Below, one piece after another: positions 51,627 through 61,300 of a stretch of DNA of 64,000 nucleotides; position 1 is the stretch's first letter; each line of letters begins with the position of its first letter. Origin of the DNA: Corallococcus exiguus (lineage in GTDB: Bacteria > Myxococcota > Myxococcia > Myxococcales > Myxococcaceae). The stretch lies in the NCBI RefSeq assembly GCF_012985275.1, contig NZ_JABEKY010000003.1; one strand, given 5' to 3'. The notes beneath the pieces were generated by a model that saw only the letters and a list, made by a program, of their open reading frames with translations, did no database searches and was not told the origin of the DNA. The translations under genes and the position numbers were made by a program.

Positions 51627-54359
51627 ATGTCGGGATGTCCCTCCGAGGAAACGATTCTCGCCTTCGTGGAGGACCGCCTGCCGCATGAGCAGCGCGCCCT
51701 CGCGGAGGCGCACCTGTCCCGCTGCGATTCCTGCGGGTCGCTGCTCGCGGCCGTCGCGGCGACGTGGCACGCGGAGGGCCGGTTCGTGGAGGCGGCTCCG
51801 CCCCGCTCGTTCGCTCCTGGGGAGCGGGTGGGGCCGTACGTCATCGTCGCCCATGCGGGCAGTGGCGCGATGGGGGACGTGTACCGGGCTCGCGATGGGC
51901 GGCTGGGACGGGACGTGGCCTTGAAGGTGCTCCCGCTCCGGTTCGCGCAGGACGCGGAGCGCCTGGCCCGTTTCCGACAGGAGGCCCGCGCGGCGGGCGC
52001 GCTGTCCCATCCCCACCTGCTCACGCTGTTCGACGTGGGGACCCACGAGGACGTGCCGTACCTCGTCACCGAGTGGCTGGAGGGCGTCACCCTGCGGGCT
52101 CGGCTGATGCGTGGGCCGCTGCCACCGGAGCAGGCGCTGCGGCTGGGCATCCAGTTGTCCCAGGGGCTCGCGGCCGCGCACGCGCGTGGCGTCATCCACC
52201 GCGACCTCAAGCCCGCGAACATCTTCCTGTGCTCGAACGGCAGCGCGCGGGTCCTCGACTTCGGGCTGGCCCGGCTCACCGAGCGCGTCGAGCACACCGG
52301 GGACGCCTCGCTCACCCAGAGCGGCGCGGTGGTGGGCACCGCCGGGTACATGGCTCCGGAGCAGATCCGCGGCCAGGGCGTGGATGCTCGCGCGGATGTG
52401 TTCTCGCTCGGCGCGGTGCTCTACGAGGCCGTGAGCGGCCGTGCTCCCTTTGGCGGTGACAGCCCGGTGGAGCGGATGAGCGCCGCGCTCCGCGATGCGC
52501 CTCCCGTGCTGCCGGGAGAGATGGGGACGGTGATTGCTCGCTGTCTGGCGAAGGATCCAGGCGAACGGTTCCAGTCCGCGCAGGACCTGGCCTTCGCCCT
52601 GGAGTCCATCGCGGCTCGTGGTGCGCCCCTGGCCTTGCGGCGCGGAGTGTTCCCACGCCCTGCCCTGTGGGTGGCCGCGGCGGCCGTGCTGCTGTCTGTC
52701 GTGGGTGGCTTCCTGGCGTTCGGACACAGGCCGGCGACTGCGGCGGTGCCAACGGCGCAGTCCTCACGCCCGACGTACCGCCCCGTCACGTTCCGCCGGG
52801 GCCACGTGCTCAACGCCCGGTTCTCCGCGGACGGACACACGTTGCTCTATGGCGCGGCGTGGGAGGGAGGACCCGCGGAGCTCTACAGCGCGCGCACGGA
52901 GCGTCCGCTGTCACAACCGCTGGGGCAGCACGCGGATGTGCTCGCCGCGTCCTCGAAGGGGGAGCTGGCGGTGCTGCTCGAGCCCCGGTTCTTCGACGCC
53001 GAGCATGGCAGCGGGACGCTCGGCTTGATGCCGCTCGCGGGCGGCGCGCCCCGGGCCGTGCTCGATGGCGTGCTGGAGGCGGACTGGGGACGTGCGGATG
53101 GACCGCTCGCGGTGGTGCGCCGCGTGGGCGAGAACTTCCGGCTGGAGCAGCCCCCCGGCACGGTGCGCTTCGAATCCCAGGGATGGATCAGCCACGCACG
53201 CGTCTCCCCCGACGGAGCGCGGATCGCCTTCCTGTTCCATGCACATCCCAAGGACGACCGGGGCGGGGTCTGGGTGCTGGAGAAGGACGGTCCGCCCCGC
53301 GAGCTTTCGTCGGACTGGGCGAGCATCCGGGGCCTGGCGTGGTCTCCCGATGGAAGCGAGGTGTGGTTCACCGCCTCGCGTACAGGCGCGGACTCCGAGC
53401 TGTTCGCGGTCGACCTGCGCGGCACGACGCGGCCGGTGGATCGGATCGCCGGGCGGATGGTGCTGCATGACATCTCCCAGGACGGCTCCATCCTGGTGGA
53501 TCACCCGGTGATCCGCACGGGGCTGGCGTTCGGGCACGCGGGCACGGAGCGGGACCTGACGTGGTCGGACTCGTCGTTCATGACGGACATGTCCCGCGAT
53601 GGCCGGACCTTCCTCTTCACCGAGGGCGCGGAGGTGGAGGGCCCCACCTACGGCGCCTATCTGCGCACCTCCGATGGCGCACCACCGATCCGCCTGGGCG
53701 ACGGCATCCCCATGGCGCTGTCTCCGGACGGCAAGCAGGTGCTGCTGGTGCGCTACGGCGAACAGATGGAGTTCCTGCTGCTGCCCACGGGCGCGGGCGA
53801 GCCTCGGTCGCTGTCGCTCGCTCCTGTCACCACGGTGCTCACGGCGCGCTGGTTCCCGGATGGGAAGCGGTTGCTCCTTCGCGCGCACGAAGAGGGACGT
53901 CCTGCCCGGCTCTGGGTCTTCGAACCCGGCTCCGGAGCCCCCAGGCCCATCACAGAGGAAGGCACGGGCTTCCACACGGTCATCTCACCCGATGGCCTCC
54001 GCCTCGCGACCGTGGACGCGGAGGGAAGCCTCCGCCTGTTCTCCCAGACGGGTGAGGCGCAAGGCACCGTCCCCGGCCGGTTCACGAATCAATGGGTGGC
54101 GGGCTGGGACGCGAGCGGAACGGCGCTCTATCTGCGAAGCGTCTCGCTCCCGGTGCGCGTCTCCAGGGTCGACGTGAAGACTGGCGCGAGCACGCCACAC
54201 CTGACCCTTCCGGCGGGGGGCGTCATGCCGGGCCTCATCTCCGTGATGACGCTGGCGATCTCCGAGGACGGAAAGTTCTACACATACAGTTACAACGAAG
54301 CGCTTTCCCGGCTGTATCTGGTGAAAGGATTGGTGGGAGCCCGGTCTTCCCCGCAATAA
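51627..54359 (+). CDS. zf-HC2 anti-sigma-like N-terminus + Ser/Thr protein kinase + TM helix + periplasmic PD40/TolB-like beta-propeller
   Basis: The zinc-finger is CPSEETILAFVEDRLPHEQRALAEAHLSRCDSCGSL, the H-x3-C-x2-C type. The kinase motifs are GSGAMGDVY, ALKVL, HRDLKPANIFL, DFGLA and APE. The TM is ALWVAAAAVLLSVVGGFLAF. Seven or more PD40-like repeats are present (FSADGHTLLY, VSPDGARIAF, WSPDGSEVWF, MSRDGRTFLF, LSPDGKQVLL, WFPDGKRLLL, ISPDGLRLAT). Confidence 0.85.
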   Translation: MSGCPSEETILAFVEDRLPHEQRALAEAHLSRCDSCGSLLAAVAATWHAEGRFVEAAPPRSFAPGERVGPYVIVAHAGSGAMGDVYRARDGRLGRDVALKVLPLRFAQDAERLARFRQEARAAGALSHPHLLTLFDVGTHEDVPYLVTEWLEGVTLRARLMRGPLPPEQALRLGIQLSQGLAAAHARGVIHRDLKPANIFLCSNGSARVLDFGLARLTERVEHTGDASLTQSGAVVGTAGYMAPEQIRGQGVDARADVFSLGAVLYEAVSGRAPFGGDSPVERMSAALRDAPPVLPGEMGTVIARCLAKDPGERFQSAQDLAFALESIAARGAPLALRRGVFPRPALWVAAAAVLLSVVGGFLAFGHRPATAAVPTAQSSRPTYRPVTFRRGHVLNARFSADGHTLLYGAAWEGGPAELYSARTERPLSQPLGQHADVLAASSKGELAVLLEPRFFDAEHGSGTLGLMPLAGGAPRAVLDGVLEADWGRADGPLAVVRRVGENFRLEQPPGTVRFESQGWISHARVSPDGARIAFLFHAHPKDDRGGVWVLEKDGPPRELSSDWASIRGLAWSPDGSEVWFTASRTGADSELFAVDLRGTTRPVDRIAGRMVLHDISQDGSILVDHPVIRTGLAFGHAGTERDLTWSDSSFMTDMSRDGRTFLFTEGAEVEGPTYGAYLRTSDGAPPIRLGDGIPMALSPDGKQVLLVRYGEQMEFLLLPTGAGEPRSLSLAPVTTVLTARWFPDGKRLLLRAHEEGRPARLWVFEPGSGAPRPITEEGTGFHTVISPDGLRLATVDAEGSLRLFSQTGEAQGTVPGRFTNQWVAGWDASGTALYLRSVSLPVRVSRVDVKTGASTPHLTLPAGGVMPGLISVMTLAISEDGKFYTYSYNEALSRLYLVKGLVGARSSPQ

Positions 54360-54401
54360 CGGTGCTAGACTTCCATTGCGGTCCAAACCCAACCGGAGGT
54401 C

Positions 54402-54614
54402 GTGATGAAGCTCAAGATGGCGCTGGCGGCGATGGCGGCATGTCTGGGATTCGCGGCGGGATTCACCAACACCCAGGCCGAGGCGGCAGGTCCCTGTCCG
54501 TACTGTATCGACATGCGCGCCCGGTGCATGCGCAACGCGACGACTCCGGCGCAGGAAGAGGCCTGCTACGTCCAGTTCGACAAGTGCCGCATTGACTGGT
54601 GCGAGCCGCGCTGA
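54402..54614 (+). CDS. small secreted Cys-rich peptide (70-aa precursor, 6 Cys)
   Basis: The signal peptide is MMKLKMALAAMAACLGFAAGFTNTQAEA. The mature part is AGPCPYCIDMRARCMRNATTPAQEEACYVQFDKCRIDWCEPR. A strong hairpin follows. Confidence 0.5.
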   Translation: MMKLKMALAAMAACLGFAAGFTNTQAEAAGPCPYCIDMRARCMRNATTPAQEEACYVQFDKCRIDWCEPR

Positions 54615-54624
54615 ACGCATCCGA

Positions 54625-54668
54625 GAACCGCGCCGCTCCGGACCGTGCCGAGCCGGGCCGCGCGGTTC
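54625..54668. terminator. bidirectional hairpin GAACCGCGC-N26-GCGCGGTTC between the convergent peptide gene and sodB
   Basis: A perfect 9-bp inverted repeat with an internal CCGG..CCGG sub-stem was read from the sequence. Confidence 0.55.
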
Positions 54669-54686
54669 CCGTCACTTCACTTCACA

Positions 54687-55271
<585 letters not shown>

Positions 55272-55316
55272 CGGGTGCGTCCTTTCCGGGTTCAGTGAGA
55301 TTCGGCTACTCGTTCG

Positions 55317-55817
55317 CTACTTCGGGGCGGGCCCTGGCTCCGGGTGCGCCGTCAGCGCGCGATAGGCCCGGTTCCAGTAGAGCAACGGTTCTTCGTCCAC
55401 TCCCCGCTGGATGCGCTCCACACGGCCCACCAGCAACAGGTGATCGCCGTAACGGTGCACATCCAACAGAGCGCACGCCAGACCCACCAGGCTGTCCTGC
55501 ACGAAGGCACCTTCGTCGAACATCCGGCCTTCGGCCTCCCCCTTCGCGCAGCGGACCGACACGTCGCGTTGGATGGTGGACAGCACGCTCACACTGAAGC
55601 GGCGGGCGGCCTCCACGCGCTTGAGCGTGCGGGAGGACTGCTGCAGCGCCAGGGCAATCAGCGGAGGCGTCAGGGAGAGGGAGCTGAAGGAGCTGACCGT
55701 CGTCGCCGCGATCCCGTCCGCGTCACGGACGGAGACCACCGCCACCCCGCTCGCCCACCGGGACATCGCCTCCCGGAAGTCCAGGGCCGACACCCCTTCA
55801 GTACCACTCTGAGTCAT
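55317..55817 (-). CDS. flavin reductase-like domain protein (NAD(P)H:FMN oxidoreductase family)
   Basis: FREAMSRWASGVAVVSVRDADGIAATTVSSFSSLSLTPPLIALAL is a typical flavin reductase N-terminal signature. The protein is 166 aa. Confidence 0.8.
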   Translation of the reverse strand: MTQSGTEGVSALDFREAMSRWASGVAVVSVRDADGIAATTVSSFSSLSLTPPLIALALQQSSRTLKRVEAARRFSVSVLSTIQRDVSVRCAKGEAEGRMFDEGAFVQDSLVGLACALLDVHRYGDHLLLVGRVERIQRGVDEEPLLYWNRAYRALTAHPEPGPAPK

Positions 55818-55870
55818 GTGCCGGTCTCTACCACCCGCCCCGCCACCCGGTCAGCACTTCCTCCAATCCA

Positions 55871-58312
55871 TTGGCGGAATACCAACGCAGTGGAACCTGC
55901 CCTCCGGGCCCGTCCATGGCCGGATCCACCCGCCCTCCGTATGCTGGCCGGCTGGAGGCGCCCATGGATCCGTTGTGGGGGGAGACGCTGAGGCGTCTGG
56001 ATGCGCTGCTCGTCCAGGTGTGTGACCTGGAGGAGGCCCGCGCTTCGAAGCTCCGGGGGGAACAGGAGAATGGCTGGGATGCCGTGCGCACCACCGTGCG
56101 CCCTTCCACCGCCGAGCTCGCCTTCAGCTCGGCGCTCACGGAGACGCCGCTCCTGGGGACTTCGCCTCCCCTTCCCTTCGCGCGGCTGCGGGCTTCGCTT
56201 CGCGTGGACACCGTGGAGGAGGAGGCGCTGTTGCTCCTGCTCGCGACATGGCTGGAGCCCCGGTATTCGCGCCTGTTCGCCGTGCTCCAGGACGAGACCG
56301 CGCAGGGATGGAACGTGGAGCGGTTGCTGCTCACCGTCCTGGGCCGCACGCCTGCTCGCGCGCAGCGCTTGCTGGCGTCACTGACCGACAGCGGACTCCT
56401 GGTGGGCGGTGGACTGCTGCAGACGGGCGCCGGCGCTTTTCCTCCCATGCTCCGGCCCGTGGACCTGGCTCCGGAGGTCCGCGAGGCCCTGCTGGAACTG
56501 CCCCGGCCGTCCGTGATGGGCGAGCTCTCGCTGGAATGGCATGGACCGGAGGTGCCGCCTTCTTCGTCACTCGGGACGTTCGCTGTCGTGCATGGCGAGG
56601 GGGAGCGGCTGGGCGTGGCGATGCGCCTCGCTGACGAAGCCGGTGTGCCGCTGGTCGTCGCTCGGTGGGCGGGGGCTCCGGAGCCGGTTTCCATGGCCCG
56701 GGCCCTTTGGCGTCTGGCGTCCGTGCGCGGCGCGATGCTGGCCGTGGACATGTCCGGTGGTGAGCGGGGGCTGGCACTCTCCGTCACGGAGACGCTGTCT
56801 GGATTGTGCCAACGGTTTGGCGGGCGGGCCCTGGTGCTCGCGGACTCCGCGCAGCCCTTCGCCGTGCCGCACCATGAGGCACCCGCTCCAGGCTTCGTCC
56901 AGCGGCGGACCCTGTGGCTGGAGGAGGCCCAGGTTCGGGGACTGTCATTGACGGAGGCGGATGCGGGACGGCTGGCGTCTGGCTTTCGGGGCGGGCTTCA
57001 GGAGATCCGCCGCGTGTTCGACTCGGCTCCGGGCGGTGACGCGGATGCGCTTCGTGCCGCTGCCTCTCGGCTTGTCCAGGTGCCTTTGCGCCATGGCTAC
57101 CGGCTGGAGACGTCGCGGACCTTCGCGGACCTCGTGGTGCGTGACACCACTCGCGCGGCCTTGGAGCGACTGCTGTTCTACGTGGCCCAGCGCGACCGTG
57201 TCGCCGAAGAGCGTGGCCTGTCTCGTCGCTTCCGGATGCACACGGGCCCGGTGGCACTGTTCTCTGGACGCTCCGGCACTGGCAAGACCTTGGCCGCGGA
57301 GGTCATCGCCCATGCGGTGGGCCGGCCGATGTATGTCATCGACCTGTCCCGGCTCGTCAGCAAGTACGTGGGCGAGACGGAGAAGAACATCGACGAGGTG
57401 CTGTCCCACGGCGAGCGCTCCGGCGCCGTGCTGTTCTTCGACGAGGCGGACTCGCTGTTCTCCGCGCGCACGGAGGTCAGCAACGCCAATGACCGCTTCG
57501 CCAACCTGGAGGTCGGCTTCCTCCTCCAGCGCATCGAACGTCACGACGGGCTGATCATCCTCGCCACCAACCTGCAGACGGCCATCGATGAAGCCTTCCT
57601 GCGGCGCTTCCACGCGCGCATCGAGTTCCCCTTCCCCGAGGTCGACGAGCGCCGCCGCATCTGGGAGCTGATGCTTCCGGAGGGTGTGCCTCGCGCGGGG
57701 GCTCTCGACCTGGCGGGACTGGCGCAGCGGCACCGGCTGGCGGGCGGCGACATCCGCAACGCCGCGCTCAAGGCCATCTTCCTCGCCGAACAGGCGGGTG
57801 CTCCGCTGGCCCAGGAGCACCTGGAGCGCGCCGTCGCGCTGGAGTTGTATGAACTGGGCCGGCTCTCGCGGCGTCCGGAGGCGGAGGCTCCCTCGGACGC
57901 GGGCACACGCTTGCGCCGCGTGGCGGAAGTGTTCCAGGAGGCACTGGATTCGCAGCTCAGACAACACTTCCTCAAGGAGGTCCACATCCTCCACGGCTCC
58001 CCCACCCGGGAGGCGCTCGCGGGGAAGCGGCCGGCCGTGTCGCTCGCGCTCTACCGGCTGGCTGTCACCCAGAACGGTGCGCTGCGGCTTGGGCTCATCG
58101 TCTCCGCGTGGTCCCACCGCGCGGAGGAGGAACATGAGCTGCTTGGCGTGTTGCATGGGTTGCTCTCCCGTGGACTCCCGCACGAGCTGGATGGCCGCAA
58201 GCTCACACCTCGCGTCCAGGAGAGTTATGACTTTGACCTGCTCCATCGCTTCTGGAGCAGTCATGGACATCCCATCCGGGCCTCGCTGGTCCTCGATGTG
58301 GAGATGACCTAG
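55871..58312 (+). CDS. AAA+ ATPase (classical AAA clade) with an N-terminal region of about 500 aa of unknown function
   Basis: The C-terminal AAA module has Walker A GRSGTGKT, Walker B LFFDEADSLF, a second region of homology with arginine finger, ILATN and AFLRRF, and a lid domain. The start is TTG in the track; an alternative is ATG at 55964 (MDPLWGETL). Confidence 0.8.
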   Translation: MAEYQRSGTCPPGPSMAGSTRPPYAGRLEAPMDPLWGETLRRLDALLVQVCDLEEARASKLRGEQENGWDAVRTTVRPSTAELAFSSALTETPLLGTSPPLPFARLRASLRVDTVEEEALLLLLATWLEPRYSRLFAVLQDETAQGWNVERLLLTVLGRTPARAQRLLASLTDSGLLVGGGLLQTGAGAFPPMLRPVDLAPEVREALLELPRPSVMGELSLEWHGPEVPPSSSLGTFAVVHGEGERLGVAMRLADEAGVPLVVARWAGAPEPVSMARALWRLASVRGAMLAVDMSGGERGLALSVTETLSGLCQRFGGRALVLADSAQPFAVPHHEAPAPGFVQRRTLWLEEAQVRGLSLTEADAGRLASGFRGGLQEIRRVFDSAPGGDADALRAAASRLVQVPLRHGYRLETSRTFADLVVRDTTRAALERLLFYVAQRDRVAEERGLSRRFRMHTGPVALFSGRSGTGKTLAAEVIAHAVGRPMYVIDLSRLVSKYVGETEKNIDEVLSHGERSGAVLFFDEADSLFSARTEVSNANDRFANLEVGFLLQRIERHDGLIILATNLQTAIDEAFLRRFHARIEFPFPEVDERRRIWELMLPEGVPRAGALDLAGLAQRHRLAGGDIRNAALKAIFLAEQAGAPLAQEHLERAVALELYELGRLSRRPEAEAPSDAGTRLRRVAEVFQEALDSQLRQHFLKEVHILHGSPTREALAGKRPAVSLALYRLAVTQNGALRLGLIVSAWSHRAEEEHELLGVLHGLLSRGLPHELDGRKLTPRVQESYDFDLLHRFWSSHGHPIRASLVLDVEMT

Positions 58313-58384
58313 CGTCCCTCGCGCTGATGGTGCGGGGGGACCGTGCGCATCCGTGACCAGGGCCCGAAGGCCTCCGCCAAGGCC

Positions 58385-61300
58385 ATGCTCCGGAAGAACT
58401 CCGGGCGCACTCCCTCGTCCTCCGCGGCCCTTCCTCGTGCTCCGGGTGTCGTTCCCCGGGGCCCTTCCTCGTCCAATCCCGCGCGTGAGCTGGCGGCGCG
58501 GCTCGCGTCACTGAAGGGCGCGGCCCCTGCTCTCCACGGGCCTGTGCTCCGTGATGCCGCTCGCGACATGGAGCGCCGGTGGAGCGACCCAGCGTGGCGG
58601 ATGCTGGGCGGTCCGCGCTCGCATCTTTTCGAGCCTTGCCCGGTCCACCCGCCGGAGGTCGCGCTGCTCTCCACTCCCGGCGCCGTCGAGGCGGAGCTGG
58701 GCATCCATGGGCTCGCGCCACAGCCGAACACCGGGCTCGCGCAGGCGGCTGGCGCGTCCCAGCCCGCGACCCTCGCGCAGCAGGAGGAGGATGCTCGACG
58801 GCGTGATGCGGCGCGCATGGCCGTCCTGCCGATGGGCTCCGCTGAGCAGCTCGGAGACACCGCCGCGCGGCTCGCCGAGGCCCGTGCTTCAGACCTCGAA
58901 CCCTCTACGGTCACTGAGGAGTCGGAAGCAGCGGGACTCGGGGGCAGCACTTCTCCAGCGCCTGATGCCATTGCAGCAACCACCGTCGAAGCGCCCAGCG
59001 CGGGCGGCGACGTGGCAACGCCTGAGCAAGCTCCCGCGCCGGCATCCATCCCCACGGGGGCCGCTCCCGGCGGCATGGACGACGCCGCGCGCATCGACAC
59101 GCGGGTGTCCACGCTGTCGAGCCAGAGCGATGTCCACATCGTCGTCCGTCAGGCCTCCCCTGGCGCAGGGCCCCAGGAGCCTCCTCCCATCCAGACGGCT
59201 GCCACGGTCGACACAGGCCCCAGGGTGCCCGTGCCTCCGGCCGCGATGGAGTGGCAGAAGGAGTTGGCCGCGGCCCATGCGCAGGGCGTCCAAGGCATCA
59301 AGCACGGTCTCGAAACCGCTCCGGATCCGACGGGTGCCATCACGGCGGTGGAGCCCCCTGCCAGCCTTCCCGCGCCGCCTCCTGCTCCGGCAGCACCTGT
59401 CACGGCGGGGCCCATCCCCGCTGCGCCAGCGGTAGGCGCGGACGCGGATCCGGTCGCCGCATGGAAGGGCCGCATCGCCAGCAGCACGGCGCAGGTCCCG
59501 GAGCCACAGCTTCCTCCGGCGCCCCGCTACACGTTCAAGATCACCCAGGCCGCCGTGGACCCCAACGCGGTCCGTGCCGCGCGCCTCAAGCAACTGGAGG
59601 ACGAAGGCAAGAAGGCCATCACCCCGGCGAAGCAGCCGAAGGACCTTCCGGCCATCCCGGACGATCCCACCGGCAAGGCCTCCTCGCTGGTGGATGCGAA
59701 GTGCGAACGGAAGCTGGACGTCAAGGACGCCAAACTCCCCGACCTGCAGAAGAGCCCGCTGGGCCACGTGCCGGAGATTGGCGCGCAGCTCATGCGCGAC
59801 GACGGCGGGCACATGCTCATCAAGGGCCCGCTCGGCGACCTCGTCTACAAGCCCGGCGGTCCCAAGCCCACCGACCCGGAGAAGCTCAAGGACTGGACGC
59901 GCCTCCAGAAGAAGATCACCGCCGAGGCCGACAAGCAGAAGAAGGCGAAGGTCCAGCCCAAGGAACCCGCGAAGGGCATCACCGTCCTCGAACAGGCCGC
60001 CCCCGCGCCCATCAACGTCCCGGACTTCGCCCGCGTGGACATTGGCGACGTGCTGGCTCGGCTGCTCGCCGCTCCGGATAAGTACGCCGACGCCTCCGTC
60101 CAGAAGGCCCGCGAAGCCTATGTCCCGGGCGGCCTGGATGCGTCCTGGGGCGTTGCTCTCATCACCGCTGAGCGTCCCATCTTCGCCGCGGAGCTCCAGC
60201 GCGTCGCGGACGCCGCACAGATCAAGAAGGAGGACCTGGACGCGAAGGTGGAAGCCCGCCGCAAGCAACTGGTGGACTCGCACGTCGCAACCACCGGCAC
60301 GCTCAGCAAGGCGCACGAGGACGCGAAGAAGAGCCTGGAGGAGGGCGGCAAGTCGTTCGCTGATTCCCTGTCGCGCATGCGCGCCTCGCTCGACGCGCAG
60401 TCCGAGGCGAAGGCCGCCGCCATCAAGGGCGGCGTCGACCTGACCGAGGCCCGGCGCAAACGCGACGCGCTCATCGCGGCCGTCGACACCAAGGTGAGCA
60501 ACTGGGTCGTCCGGTACGACCAGAACGGCAAGCGCCTCAAGGAAGCCTTCGCGAAGGCCGCGAGCGACCAGATGCACGCCTACGAGCTCGCCGCCCTCCA
60601 GGACGAGTGGGAGCTCAAGAAGGACGCCGGCGATGATCCGGTGAAGCTCAAGGCCGCCACGGAGGCGTACCGCCCCACCAAGAAGTGGATGGACGACCGC
60701 CGCAAGGAGATTGGCGCCGTCGTCACGAAGGCGAAGCGCGACATCGACCAGAGCGTGGATCGCTATCAGCAGGAGCTGCGCGACGCGGGCAGGGAGGCCC
60801 GGGACGTCATCCGCGACTGGCACGCGAAGCAGATCGGCTACGAGCGCGGCTTCTGGGACCGGCTGCTCGGGTGGATCATCGACTGGCTGGAGGCCGCCCA
60901 CGACGAGAGCCGCGCGTGGGAGACCGCTCGCGCGGCGGAGAACAAGACGTCGCTGGATCAGAACATGCTGTTCCTCGCGGAGGTGCGCCTGCGCCAGGGC
61001 GAGGAGCTGGACGCGGAGACCATCAAGGGGAACAACGCCCTCAGCGAGGAGCAGAAGGCCATCCTGCTCTCCTACTACGGCAAGGGGGGCAAGGACGCGG
61101 TGCAGGCGCTCGCGGAGGGCCTGGCCGTGCGCATCATCGGCCAGCGCCGCAAGCCGCTCATGGAGTCCCTGGAGAAGGAGCTGCTCGCGTCCACGGACCT
61201 GGAGCGGCTGAAGACCGTCGTCGACCAGCAGGAGCCCCTCTTCAGCAACCGCGCGCGCAACATCTCCCTCAAGGTCTGGGAGGGCGTGGACCAGTGGGGC

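Noticed and set aside
51227-52727. ORFs 51227-52351(-) and 51609-52727(-) opposite the lipoprotein and anti-sigma-kinase genes
   Set aside because: They are antisense with R/G/P-rich products.
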